Of a DNA stretch of 64,000 bases, positions 43,841-54,131 are shown one piece after another. Positions within the stretch are counted from its first letter, which is position 1. Each line of letters begins with the position of its first letter. The notes below the pieces were generated by a model that had not been told where the DNA came from, did no database searches, and saw only the letters and a program-made list of their open reading frames with translations. Source of the DNA: an uncultured cyanobacterium (GTDB taxonomy: Bacteria; Cyanobacteriota; Cyanobacteriia; Cyanobacteriales; Microcystaceae); contig CAWEDJ010000040.1 in NCBI GenBank assembly GCA_963807635.1, positions 1-64,000 of the forward strand. Reading direction: 5' to 3'. Both the position numbers and the translations under genes were made by a program.

Positions 43841-43987
43841 ATGGTACGGCTGGACGCATTGCGATTAGTTGAGTGGGGCAAAACAGAAAATTCGATAGAA
43901 TTAGACCTTAACCGCAAAGATTTAACAGAAATACCTAATGCGATCGCATCCCCCTGTATGACAAGCGGTAAAATTAGAACTCAGTAA
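43841..43987 (+). pseudogene. N-terminal stub of an LRR protein
   Basis: RBS GAGGT; MVRLDALRLVEWGKTENSIELDLNRKDLTEIPNAIA; LRR pattern ends at HIP1 (43940-43947). Confidence 0.5.
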
Positions 43988-44080
43988 TTTGGCCACGTTT
44001 ATAAATTGTAAATCACTACTTATTTTTTTTGCTAGAATGAAAGCTATTCGATTATTGTTCCTCATTAACTTCTCATAATT

Positions 44081-46183
44081 ATGCAAGCAGAGCCATTATC
44101 TATTTCCAAAGTTTTTAGAAGCGGTGGAGATATCCATTATGTACTTCCTCCATTTCAAAGAGAATATAGTTGGGAAAAAAAGCAATGGGAAGTACTTCTT
44201 AAAGATGCCTTTGCGATTTATGAGGAATATAATAGAGAATATGATGACGAAGAAGACAGTAATCCACCTGAGCATTTTTTAGGTTCTTTAGTGGTTATTA
44301 ACGATGGCAATCATAACAATGTAATAGATACATATAAGTTAGTTGATGGACAACAAAGATTGACAACGATTTCTCTTTTGTGTTGTGCGTTACGCAATAT
44401 TGTTAAACTTAATAATCCTAAGTTATCTAACAGATGTCATAAAATGTTAGTCAATTCTGGTGAAGAATCGGAAGATGATACCTACTATAAGGTACTTCCT
44501 ACAAATAAATATGGTGATCGTGAAGCTTATCAAGCCATTATCAATGACAACGAAGTACCAACTTCAGTTAAATCTTCTATTCCTAGTGCATATCAATATA
44601 TTTTTGATGAAGTTAAGAAAAAAATAAATTCGGAAGGAATTCACCCGAACACATTTTATCAAGTTATAGCTAACTTCTTTCAAGTTGTTTATATTGAATT
44701 GGGAAAAAATGAAAGTCCTTATAAAATTTTTGAAAGTCTAAATGCAAAAGGGAAAGCCTTGTCTCAAGCTGACTTAGTTCGCAACTACATTGCAATGAGA
44801 TTACCTATCCAAGATCAAGAAAAAGTTTTTGATCGTTATTGGTCAAAAATTGAAACTCTACTCCAAGAAAAAGAAACTGTCGGCAAGTCGGGAATTGGAG
44901 AATTAACTGCATTTATTCGGCATTATTTAGCAACATATTCCCGAATTTTATGCACGGAAGGTCATATTTATGCTCGTTTTAGGGATCGTTGTGAAAAATA
45001 TTTCACTAAAGATAAGGATTTTATTGACGAAATTATTAAACTTAGTAAATTTGCCAAGTATTATAATTGCTTGATTCGTCCTGAACAGGAGAAAGAGCAA
45101 GAAATAAGAGAATATTTAAAACGCATTAATAAATTTGAGATTTCAACGACTTATCCCTTTTTGCTAGAACTTTATAATGCCTATGATTCTCAAGAAATCA
45201 GTAAAAAAGACTGTGTATATATTTTAAGAACTTTGGAAAACTATTTGGTAAGACGCTATCTTGCAAGTAAAAATACTAGTTATCTAAATCGAGTTTTTTC
45301 TGTATTATGGAGTGATCTTATTAAAGAAAAGAGCAATCAAAATATTAGAGAAGCTACTGAAACGTTGCTTGCAAGTAAGCAATATCCTTCAGATCAAGAG
45401 ATACGAGAATCTATTAAAAAAGCTAAACTATATAATGATAATGCGATAGTAAAAGAAAAGCTATGCTTTGTTTTAGAAGAAATTAATCGTTATTTATCTA
45501 CAGGTTCGGATGGCTACACTATCTTAAAAGATCAACCTACAATTGAACATATAATGCCACAAACTCTCAGTAATGAATGGAAAAAATCATTAGGTGATGA
45601 TTTTGAAATGGTTTATCAGACTTATCTCAACACATTAGGAAATCTGACTTTGGCAACTTCTGAGTGGAATAGCAGTTTGTCTAATCGTCCCTTTGAAGAA
45701 AAAAAGCCAAAACTAGCTTCCCACGCTCTAAAAATAAATAGCGATTACTTCTCTCAAGATATTTCCTGTTGGGATGAAAATGAAATTCTTAAAAGAACAG
45801 ATTTTATTGCCGATAATTGTCTCGAAGTCTGGCCATCTTTTGCTAAAAAAGAATCTTTAAATAAAAATCAGACCAAATTACCTAAATCAGTCACAATCCG
45901 TCAACACATAATAGAAATTCCTGATCAAACTTGGTTACAATTTAGAGTTTTAGTCGTTGAATGGGGAATCACAAATTATCCGAATTCGTTTGAATTAATT
46001 AGAGAATCATTTCCAACTCATTTTTGTGATGATCCTCAAACATCGAAAAATTGGCATAAACTCAGTAACGGTATCTGGTTATCAAAAAGATATGCAGGAA
46101 AAACTCACCTTAGTTTTTGTTCACGTTTTTTAGAGATTTTAGGTATTTCTGAATCTGAGTGGAGTTATCAGGAAATTGATTAA
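44081..46183 (+). CDS. DUF262/DUF1524 (GmrSD-like) nuclease, putative modification-dependent restriction
   Basis: PPFQREYSW, DGQQRLTT, FESLNAKG (DUF262); IEHIMPQ..LGNLTL..N (DUF1524 HNH). Confidence 0.88.
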   Translation: MQAEPLSISKVFRSGGDIHYVLPPFQREYSWEKKQWEVLLKDAFAIYEEYNREYDDEEDSNPPEHFLGSLVVINDGNHNNVIDTYKLVDGQQRLTTISLLCCALRNIVKLNNPKLSNRCHKMLVNSGEESEDDTYYKVLPTNKYGDREAYQAIINDNEVPTSVKSSIPSAYQYIFDEVKKKINSEGIHPNTFYQVIANFFQVVYIELGKNESPYKIFESLNAKGKALSQADLVRNYIAMRLPIQDQEKVFDRYWSKIETLLQEKETVGKSGIGELTAFIRHYLATYSRILCTEGHIYARFRDRCEKYFTKDKDFIDEIIKLSKFAKYYNCLIRPEQEKEQEIREYLKRINKFEISTTYPFLLELYNAYDSQEISKKDCVYILRTLENYLVRRYLASKNTSYLNRVFSVLWSDLIKEKSNQNIREATETLLASKQYPSDQEIRESIKKAKLYNDNAIVKEKLCFVLEEINRYLSTGSDGYTILKDQPTIEHIMPQTLSNEWKKSLGDDFEMVYQTYLNTLGNLTLATSEWNSSLSNRPFEEKKPKLASHALKINSDYFSQDISCWDENEILKRTDFIADNCLEVWPSFAKKESLNKNQTKLPKSVTIRQHIIEIPDQTWLQFRVLVVEWGITNYPNSFELIRESFPTHFCDDPQTSKNWHKLSNGIWLSKRYAGKTHLSFCSRFLEILGISESEWSYQEID

Positions 46184-46225
46184 AAAAAGTTAGTAAACAC
46201 TGTATTTCTCTTTTATAAAAATTTA

Positions 46226-46624
46226 ATGGATATTAATTTTGACCTAAATACCTATCGTAATCTATTGTTTGAAACTGCCCCTAAAGTCATTGAATCTGAC
46301 GAAGAATGTGAACAAGCTTTAATGCAGTCTGAACAATTAAGACATAAAAAAAATCGTCTTCCCGAAGAAACCGCACTCTATCTATTATTAATCACTTTAA
46401 TTGAAGCCTATGAAACCGAGAATTATCCGATGGAACCCTCAACTCCCCACGAAATTCTGTTACATTTAATGGAATCTAGTGGAACTCGTCAGGCTGATCT
46501 CGTCGGAATTATTGGTTCCAGTGGGGTCGTTTCTGAAGTCGTCAATGGTAAACGAGCAATTAGTAAAGCCCAAGCAAAAGCATTAGGAAAATATTTCAAT
46601 CTTTCCCCTAGTTTATTCATTTAA
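46226..46624 (+). CDS. HigA-like HTH antitoxin/regulator (orphan)
   Basis: PKVIESDEE..LITLIEAYE..QADLVGIIGSSGVVSEVVNGKRAISK. Confidence 0.8.
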   Translation: MDINFDLNTYRNLLFETAPKVIESDEECEQALMQSEQLRHKKNRLPEETALYLLLITLIEAYETENYPMEPSTPHEILLHLMESSGTRQADLVGIIGSSGVVSEVVNGKRAISKAQAKALGKYFNLSPSLFI

Positions 46625-46695
46625 ACTCAGTCGAACAAGAAAAAAGATGAGACGAGATCGCCAACCCTCAGACATTAAATATTGAAGAATTTACA

Positions 46696-47034
46696 TTAAC
46701 TGATCAGTTGATTGATCAGTAATTTTACTTCTTCTAATTTGTTAACTGTTATTTTTGCTTGAATTTTTAATGCTTTAGTTTGCAGGACTGAAAAGGGTTT
46801 ATCAACTCTAATCGCACTTTCAACGGGCAAACTACCATTTTCTAAGTCTTGCATTTCAATTAGAATTTTATAGGAGTGAGGCGATAAATTAGAGGTGATT
46901 GCTAACACAACAATATCTAAATTTGTTCGGTTATAGGGGTTATTAGAAATGACTAATGCTGGTCTAACTTTCGCCCCTGTCAAATCTGAAAAAGGAAAAT
47001 AAATCAGAATAATCTCTCGTTGTTTAACCTTCAA
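46696..47034 (-). CDS. PemK/MazF-family toxin (start uncertain)
   Basis: IILIYFPFSDLTGAKVRPALVISN..AITS. Confidence 0.85.
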   Translation of the reverse strand: MKVKQREIILIYFPFSDLTGAKVRPALVISNNPYNRTNLDIVVLAITSNLSPHSYKILIEMQDLENGSLPVESAIRVDKPFSVLQTKALKIQAKITVNKLEEVKLLINQLIS

Positions 47035-47227
47035 GACATTTCTCCCATAATCCATCAGGTTCATTGTCGTAAACGTCTTTTAATCCTTCTTCTGCTAAAA
47101 TTTCGTATTCATTTAGTCTGGTTAATTTTAAAGTTTCATCGGATTCCACTGTATAAATAAAAAGCTCCTCATCCTTAATTTCAAATTTTTCTTTAATTTC
47201 ATGAAATCTGGCTACTTTCATATTCAT
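47024..47227 (-). CDS. Putative antitoxin upstream of the MazF-like toxin
   Basis: 67-aa acidic ORF overlapping the toxin start; LAEEGLKDVYDNE. Confidence 0.6.
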   Translation of the reverse strand: MNMKVARFHEIKEKFEIKDEELFIYTVESDETLKLTRLNEYEILAEEGLKDVYDNEPDGLWEKCLEG

Positions 47228-47356
47228 TACCTTAAAAATTTTCCGAAAATTCCATAAGAGAAATTATAGCCTGAGTTCGTTGATATCGATGAAAACGCGA
47301 TCGCCGATTTTTAGGCCGCGATCGCTGACTTACTAAATTGCTCAATAATCAAAAAA

Positions 47357-47695
47357 TTATTTTGGCCAACCCTTTTCTGCTTGGTCTAGAACATAGGCGG
47401 CAATGTCTTCTCTTTGTTCTGGATTTAAACGAGTTTCAAAGGCGGGCATTGCATTTTTACCTTTGGTAATTTGAGCAACAATAGCCTCTACTGTATCTTT
47501 ACCATTGGCCTTTAAAGCTTCTTTTTTCAATGTCATTGCGGCGGCGATCGCATTTCCCCCTCCCATATGACAAGCGGCACAATTAGAACTAAATAGCTTG
47601 GCTCCATTGCCGATATCTGCGGCGATCGCGGCAGGACTAAAGGCTAAATTTGCAATGGTTAAAAGCATTACAAGAACGGCAAAAATTCTTTTCAT
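47357..47695 (-). CDS. petJ: Cytochrome c6
   Basis: Signal peptide ending AIA, CAACH heme motif, GKNAMPAF, AAYVLDQAEKGW; RBS GGGAG. Confidence 0.9.
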   Translation of the reverse strand: MKRIFAVLVMLLTIANLAFSPAAIAADIGNGAKLFSSNCAACHMGGGNAIAAAMTLKKEALKANGKDTVEAIVAQITKGKNAMPAFETRLNPEQREDIAAYVLDQAEKGWPK

Positions 47696-47865
47696 GAGTA
47701 TCTCCCTTTTTTCTAGATGGTCTGATTTTGTATTGATCATCAAGAAAATTAGGTGATTTGTCAAAAGACAGCCTGTAAAAGATATGCAAATGAGTTGATA
47801 AAACCGTATTTGCATCAGTAAGGAATATTTCAACCCTATCTGATACAGTAAGCCTTTTAATGTTC

Positions 47866-48507
47866 TTATTCCAGAGCATCCTTAAGAGCCGTTCTCGCCG
47901 CCAGATGATTACGAGTAGAAATTAAAATTTCAGCTTCTTTTTGTAATCGTTCCGAGGTACTTTGTAATTCCAAAAGAGCCTGTTGTTCTGAGGCCACTCC
48001 GTACAGATTGCCTGCTACCCAATAGGAAAGCTCAACGGGTAAAACAGGTATATCGTCGGGTAATTCCAACGGCTGATCGGTTAATTTTGCCGAAAGTTTC
48101 ACCACGTCATGGAGTAGGCGATCGACTTCTTTCGCGAGGGGACGTAAATCTTGATTAGTGGCTTCATCCTCAATCCATTCCACCAAACCCACGCGGTAAG
48201 GCTTTTCTCGCACATATTCCAACACCCGAAAACGTTGTTGCCCCAGGGCCAGCATCTTCATTCGATCATCGGGTAAACGCTGAAACCGTAATACTTCTGC
48301 ACAACAACCGACATTCGCAATCTCTCCCGTCGCAGGATCAATCATTAACACCCCAAAGCGGCGGTCATCTTCCAAAATCGTATTCATCATGATGCGATAA
48401 CGAAATTCAAAAATATGAAGCGGTAGAGGGCGGCCTGGAAAGAGAACCACTTCGGGCAGGGGAAATAGAGGAAGTTCTCTAATGGCGAGGGAGGATGATG
48501 ATCGCAT
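47866..48507 (-). CDS. LON peptidase substrate-binding domain protein
   Basis: ELPLFPLPEVVLFPG..LPLHIFE.RY. Confidence 0.9.
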   Translation of the reverse strand: MRSSSSLAIRELPLFPLPEVVLFPGRPLPLHIFEFRYRIMMNTILEDDRRFGVLMIDPATGEIANVGCCAEVLRFQRLPDDRMKMLALGQQRFRVLEYVREKPYRVGLVEWIEDEATNQDLRPLAKEVDRLLHDVVKLSAKLTDQPLELPDDIPVLPVELSYWVAGNLYGVASEQQALLELQSTSERLQKEAEILISTRNHLAARTALKDALE

Positions 48508-48629
48508 GATCGCTTCTATAAAAGGGGGTAAAGGGGTTAATGATTCTTTAGTTTAATATAGCGGAGATAGGTCAGATATGGGGGTAGGTGATCGCGTTTT
48601 ATAATCACTTCAAATAGTCTTTTTAAGGC

Positions 48630-49415
48630 TTATTTTCCCGTTAATTTGACCAGACCAATTCCCCCAAAATATAACCCTAAAACTGCCCCTGCTAACAGAG
48701 ATTGAGTCAGGGGATCGGTAGAGGGAGTTAGCACTGCGCCGAGAATCACCGAGCCTAAAACGACATAACGCCAGCCGCCGATCATTTTTTGGGAAGAAAC
48801 AATGCCTAAATAGCCCAAAATTAATTGGATAACGGGAATTTGAAAGGTTAAACCCGTACTTAGCATTAAGAGTAAAACAAACTCAAAATAACGATCAATT
48901 GACCAGAGTTGCTCGACCACATCCTCACCGTAGCTGATAAAAAAGTTGAGGGCGGCGGGAATCAGGGCGAAATAGGCAAAGGCTAATCCGACAAAAAAGA
49001 GGACACTGGAACCGAGGACAACAGGGCCTAGAAGGCGACGTTCTCGGCGGGTGAGACCAGGCAAGACAAATTGAATAATCTGGTAAAGAATAAAGGGACT
49101 GGCGACGAGAACCCCACTGTAACCCGCAACTTTGATCGAAACAAAAAAGAATTCTCCAGGAGCTAATTGGAGGAATTTAACATCCTGGGCGGGCAATTCT
49201 AAGGCTCTGACCAGGGGTTTAACCACAATAAAACAGCCCACCATCCCCACTGCGATCGCGCCGAGAGAATAAAAAATGCGTAATCGAAATTCTTCCAGGT
49301 GATCGAAGAGGGACATTTCTACTTCGTCAGGAAGTTCATCCAGAAAGGTTTCAGGATTTGGCTCTTGATTGCTGAGGGTTTTGGTTTCGAGTTCTGTGGG
49401 GGGCATAGTTTCCAA
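48630..49415 (-). CDS. tatC: Twin-arginine translocase TatC
   Basis: [30 protein letters not shown]. Confidence 0.95.
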   Translation of the reverse strand: METMPPTELETKTLSNQEPNPETFLDELPDEVEMSLFDHLEEFRLRIFYSLGAIAVGMVGCFIVVKPLVRALELPAQDVKFLQLAPGEFFFVSIKVAGYSGVLVASPFILYQIIQFVLPGLTRRERRLLGPVVLGSSVLFFVGLAFAYFALIPAALNFFISYGEDVVEQLWSIDRYFEFVLLLMLSTGLTFQIPVIQLILGYLGIVSSQKMIGGWRYVVLGSVILGAVLTPSTDPLTQSLLAGAVLGLYFGGIGLVKLTGK

Positions 49416-49536
49416 GGTTAAATCCGAGGTCGGTTAACTTATTCTAGCTAAATGTCGCTCGTAGAACTGATTTTATCCCTGGGTTTAACCTTGAGATAAG
49501 TAGCTTAAAATTAAACTAACAATAGGTTTTGCGCTC

Positions 49537-49587
49537 GATCCCCCCTGCCCCCCTTGATAAGGGGGGTGTCTGTAAGACGGGGGGATC
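49537..49587. repeat. GC-rich nested palindrome (cyanobacterial REP-like element)
   Basis: GATCCCCCC..CCCCCCTT-GAT-AAGGGGGG..GTCT-GTA-AGAC..GGGGGGATC. Confidence 0.7.
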
Positions 49588-49637
49588 TCATAAAATTTAA
49601 GACCCAGCTATTTTGTCAATCGGTCGCCTAAAAAAGT

Positions 49638-50791
49638 TTATTGACTGACGGAAGGCTGACGGACAAAACTCGGTAAATCAACGCAACGACGGCTTTTGGG
49701 TTCCGAGGGATGGATCGCAAAACTGAGAAAGGAGCGATCGCGTTTAGACGGAATTTTTTCTATGGGTTTAGAGGGAGACGGTTCAGGTTCCGCCAGGGCA
49801 ACAGGACTGGGTTCAGTAATAGCCGTTGGTGGGGGGGCAATCATTTCTGGACTTTCGTTGGATTCCCAAATTTCATCGACGGGGGCCACTTTGAACTTTC
49901 TGCGGTAACTACGGGGATTTGGGTGATCGCAGCGTTTAACTCTTGAGGGGTATTTTTATCGGGAAATTTAAACGGTGTTGTCTCGTTAGTTAGGGTTTGG
50001 GCTGACCAGGGTTGAATGGGGGTAACTTGTCCCGTCAGAGACGCGATCGCGTGAGCAATATCAGAAGACGGATTGAGATTGGGCGTGGCCAAACACTGTT
50101 CTAGGGCCGTTTTGTACTGAATTGCGTACCGTTGCTGACGTTGGAGACGGGCGCGGACTTCTTCTAATTGTTGTTCTAATACCTTAATTTGATGACCCTT
50201 TTCCTCACAAAATTCCTGCAATAGGGAACATTCTCGCTCCAGTTCGGCCGTCCGTGCTTGGCTAGTGACAGTTTTTTCCGTTAGGCTTTCCACTTGGAAT
50301 TGTTGACGTTGGGCTTCTTCTCGGTAAACCTGAAATTCTGCGACGGTATAGGCCAAATGTTCCTGGACTTTGCTTAATTCTTCCGCTTGTTGGGCGATTA
50401 ATTGATCGGCACTTTGCGATCGCCTAGCTTGACCCTCAAGTTGTCTCTCTGCTTCACTTAAAGCCTCTTTATAAACTGAAAGTTCCTGGAGTAAATCCTG
50501 ATGTTCTACTAAAAAAGGCGGCATTAACACGGAAACCGCAGAAACTTCCTGCGATCGCGCAACTTCTTCTGAGATCACCCCCCAGGAATTTTCCGAATCA
50601 TCGAATAAAGGAGCCGATTCATCAGGAGTAAAGGTTAAATGACTGAAAATATCCTCCAAAGATTCCAAGCTTTGCTGAACTTCACCCTCCGCCAAACTAG
50701 ACGGAACTCGCTCAATGTCAAAAAGAGAAGTCAATGACTCCGAGGGTGGTTCGTCTTCAGAAAACAAGGAAAAAAAGTCAGAATTACTCAT
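49638..50791 (-). CDS. Coiled-coil hypothetical protein (apparent frameshift ~49885)
   Basis: Long Q/E-rich coiled coil, RQQRYAIQYKTALEQCL, IQPWS; C-terminus VDLPSF in the next frame. Confidence 0.65.
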
Positions 50792-50922
50792 AGGGGATTA
50801 GGCGACTTGGCGTTGGCTTGATTAACAAATAGATGACATTTACCCCGATTTGGTTTCCTGTAAAGACAAATGACCTTAGAATAAATCTTTGGTTAAGAAA
50901 TATTAAGCTATCGAGAAAACTC

Positions 50923-51411
50923 ATGGGAGAAAAACTCAGTCAATTATTAGAACCGATCGCCGCCTGGTTTAGTAGTTTCGATTTACCAGAGGTGATCACC
51001 CATTGGGGCCATCCCGTCATGATGGGAACAGTGATTTTTGTGATGGGAGGTTATGTCGCCTACGCAGGTTGGCAAAGCCGTTTAAATCCCGATGCTGAAA
51101 TTGCCGCCAAAAATCGTACCGATCACCGTAAATTAGCCCCCTGGATGTTTTTATTCCTCGCCTTGGGCTATACGGGCGGTATTTTATCCCTGGTCATGCA
51201 GAAACATTCCCTCCTAGAAAGTCCTCACTTTCTGACGGGTTCCATTGCCCTATTACTTTTAGCGACCAATGGAATGATTTCCCTCTTTGGCTTTGGCGGT
51301 TCCCAAAAGGAAACCCTCCGCTCTGTCCATGCCTATTTAGGGGCGGGAATTATGGTGTTGCTCATTGTTCATACCGCTTTTGGTTTAAGTCTCGGTTTTT
51401 CCCTTTCGTAA
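50923..51411 (+). CDS. DUF4079 membrane protein
   Basis: HWGHPVMM, HRKL, GYTGG, SPHF.TG, HAYLG. Confidence 0.85.
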   Translation: MGEKLSQLLEPIAAWFSSFDLPEVITHWGHPVMMGTVIFVMGGYVAYAGWQSRLNPDAEIAAKNRTDHRKLAPWMFLFLALGYTGGILSLVMQKHSLLESPHFLTGSIALLLLATNGMISLFGFGGSQKETLRSVHAYLGAGIMVLLIVHTAFGLSLGFSLS

Positions 51412-51777
51412 ATCCTTAGCCGTTAAATTCCCTAGAATCTTGATTTTTCAGGGTTTTAGGGATTTAGTCTTTCAATATAAAAAATATATGCTCAAAAAGG
51501 CGATCGCGCTTCAAACTCAATTTAAATAGGAATAATAACTTGCTCCAAGTCTGAATAATTGCCGATATTTATCAACCAAGAGTTTAATTGCTTTAGCTCA
51601 TCTCTCATACAATTCTATAGGTTACAAATTCAGATAAAGATAACAAAACTGACTTAGAATGCCTATTAAAGTTATCAGACAGTAAGCTCAAAAATTGTTT
51701 AATCTCGGTAGCCGTGAGCCTCTGGAGATTTAAAGCACGATTTTTCAATCCCTTTATACCCTTAATTAATCATTCCA

Positions 51778-52843
51778 ATGTTTTCTTCTCATTTACTTAT
51801 TACAGGCGGTGCGGGTTTCATCGGTTCTAATTTTGTCCATCATTGGTGTCATCAATATCCCCAACATCGCGTAATCGTTCTAGATGCGTTGACCTACGCC
51901 GGTAATCGTCAAACTCTCGCTGATTTAGAAGGAAAAGACAATTTTCGTTTTGTTCAGGGGGATATATGCGATCGCGAATTAATCGACTCTTTGCTCAGGG
52001 AAGAACAAATTGGCATGGTAGCTCATTTTGCGGCAGAATCCCATGTTGACCGCTCAATTTTAGGGGCCTGGGGCTTTTGTACAAACCAATGTGGTGGGAA
52101 CGTTTACCTTATTAGAAAGTTTTCGACAGTATTGGAATGAAAAAAGACAACCTCAAGGCGATCGCTTCCTCCATGTTTCCACCGATGAAGTCTATGGCAG
52201 TCTAGAACCCGATGATCCCGCTTTTACCGAAAAAAAACCCTATTCCCCCAACAGTCCCTATTCGGCATCAAAAGCAGGGAGTGATCATCTCGCAAGAGCC
52301 TATTTTCATACCTACGGAATGCCGACGATAATTACCAATTGTTCTAATAATTATGGGCCTTATCATTTTCCTGAAAAATTAATTCCCTTGATGTGTATTA
52401 ATATTCTTTTGGGAAAACCTCTGCCCGTTTATGGCGATGGACAGAATGTTCGGGATTGGCTCTACGTCGGGGATCATTGTCAAGCGTTAGAGACGGTTTT
52501 ACACAAAGGAAAAGCGGGAGAAACCTACAATATTGGGGGCAATAATGAGGTTAAAAATCTGGAGTTAGTAACGCTTTTATGCCAACTCATGGATGAATTG
52601 GCTCCTGATTTACCCATCAAACCTTCCAGTCAATTAATTACCTTCGTTAAAGACCGTGCAGGCCATGACCGCCGTTATGCGATCGATGCCACTAAAATTC
52701 GTACTGAGTTGGGTTGGACACCCCAGGAAACCGTTGAGCAGGGATTACGCAAAACCATCCAATGGTATTTAGAAAATCCCGACTGGTGGCAACCGTTGTT
52801 ATCAGAAGATTATAAAAATTATTATCAAAAAGTTTACGGTTAA
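51778..52843 (+). CDS. rfbB: dTDP-glucose 4,6-dehydratase (apparent frameshift in a G-run ~52065)
   Basis: [47 protein letters not shown]. Confidence 0.92.
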
Positions 52844-53532
52844 TCGGGTCGATAACTGCCCATCACTCGTCCGCAACTCCACCATTTTTGGTAATAACTT
52901 TGGCTAATTTCATCGCCTTCGGTGGAAAGAATATCAATACCAATGCCATTTCGTCCCATAGCTTTTCCTGAACTGTGGATATAGTAGCGATCGCCTAAAT
53001 GGAGGGCGACATGATCAACCCGTTTACTCCCAAAAAAGATCAGATCTCCAGGCAGTAAATCCGCGATCGCCACTCGTTCCGTAAATGCTTCTTGCTGATA
53101 GGAATCCCTGGGTAACCAAATGCCTGATGCTGCAAAGGCCGCTTGCATTAATCCCGAACAATCATAGTTAGGGCCGAGGGTTCCTCCCCAGAGATAATAA
53201 TTGGGTTGTTCCTTGGCCGCTTGGGCGTAGGCAATAATTTCAGGAAGACGGGCTTCAATCTCTACACGGGGCAGGGCGATCGGCTGATATTTTTCTGAGA
53301 TGGGTTGGAGAGTGCTTAATTTTTCTAGGGGAAGCCAAGCCTGATAGCCATCTTCTACTAAATTCACCTTGACGGAGATCGGGTTAGATTCATTTTCGAC
53401 TACGGTGAGGTATCTGCCTTCTTTGGCTTGGGTTGCCAGGGTTTTACAATCCGTTTCGTCATACAGATCGAGAGAAACTGAGCATTGATATTCGAGAGTC
53501 ATCAGAAAATTTTCGGAAAAAGACTGATTCAC
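52840..53532 (-). CDS. NlpC/P60 (C40) peptidase
   Basis: YLWGG..DCSG..PRDSYQQ..GDLIFF..HVA. Confidence 0.9.
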   Translation of the reverse strand: MNQSFSENFLMTLEYQCSVSLDLYDETDCKTLATQAKEGRYLTVVENESNPISVKVNLVEDGYQAWLPLEKLSTLQPISEKYQPIALPRVEIEARLPEIIAYAQAAKEQPNYYLWGGTLGPNYDCSGLMQAAFAASGIWLPRDSYQQEAFTERVAIADLLPGDLIFFGSKRVDHVALHLGDRYYIHSSGKAMGRNGIGIDILSTEGDEISQSYYQKWWSCGRVMGSYRPD

Positions 53533-53596
53533 TTTAGCAAAAAATTGTCGAGTGTGAATGGCGATGCCTCATTAAAATACCAACCCTTTTGCTTTA

Positions 53597-54022
53597 GTGA
53601 CAGCCGCTCATTTATTGACTCAAAGAACTCGCAAAGATGTAGAGGCGCGTTACACTGCAAAATGGCGATTGGCTAAGTTATTATACGAAAAAGACTGGGG
53701 AAAACAGCAAATTATTGACTTGTTTGCGATAATTGATTGGTTAATGACCTTACCCTCTGAATTAGAAAAACAACTCTGGACTTCAATTAGTGAATTAGAG
53801 AGGAATGTCAAAATGCGCTATGTTACATCGGTAGAACGAATTGGTATCGAACAAGGTATCGAACAAGGTGAAATGATTCTACTGCGTCGAATGTTGACGA
53901 AACGTTTTGGCGAGTTGCCTCAAGAGATAGAGATTCGTTTGAGCCAGGCTTCGATCGCCGATTTAGAGTTATGGGGCGATCGCATTTTAGAGGCACAAAC
54001 TTTAACGGACGTATTTGATTAA
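53597..54022 (+). pseudogene. C-terminal part of an Rpn/DUF4351-family protein
   Basis: NPFALVTAAHL..IDWLMTLP..MRYVTSVERIG(IEQG)2..KRFGEL; N-terminal nuclease domain absent. Confidence 0.75.
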
Positions 54023-54131
54023 TCGATGGGTTTACGATTTGTCAGTTTAATCGCGTTTTTCTTGATCGGGAAGAGGCGATCGCTGATGGAGTCGGTAGTT
54101 TCCCATGTTTTGTAGGGCTGATGATGGAAGA

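Noticed and set aside
51704..51716. ops-like CTCGGTAGCCGTG upstream of rfbB
   Set aside because: Imperfect short match, single-gene context, no RfaH-like gene in view.
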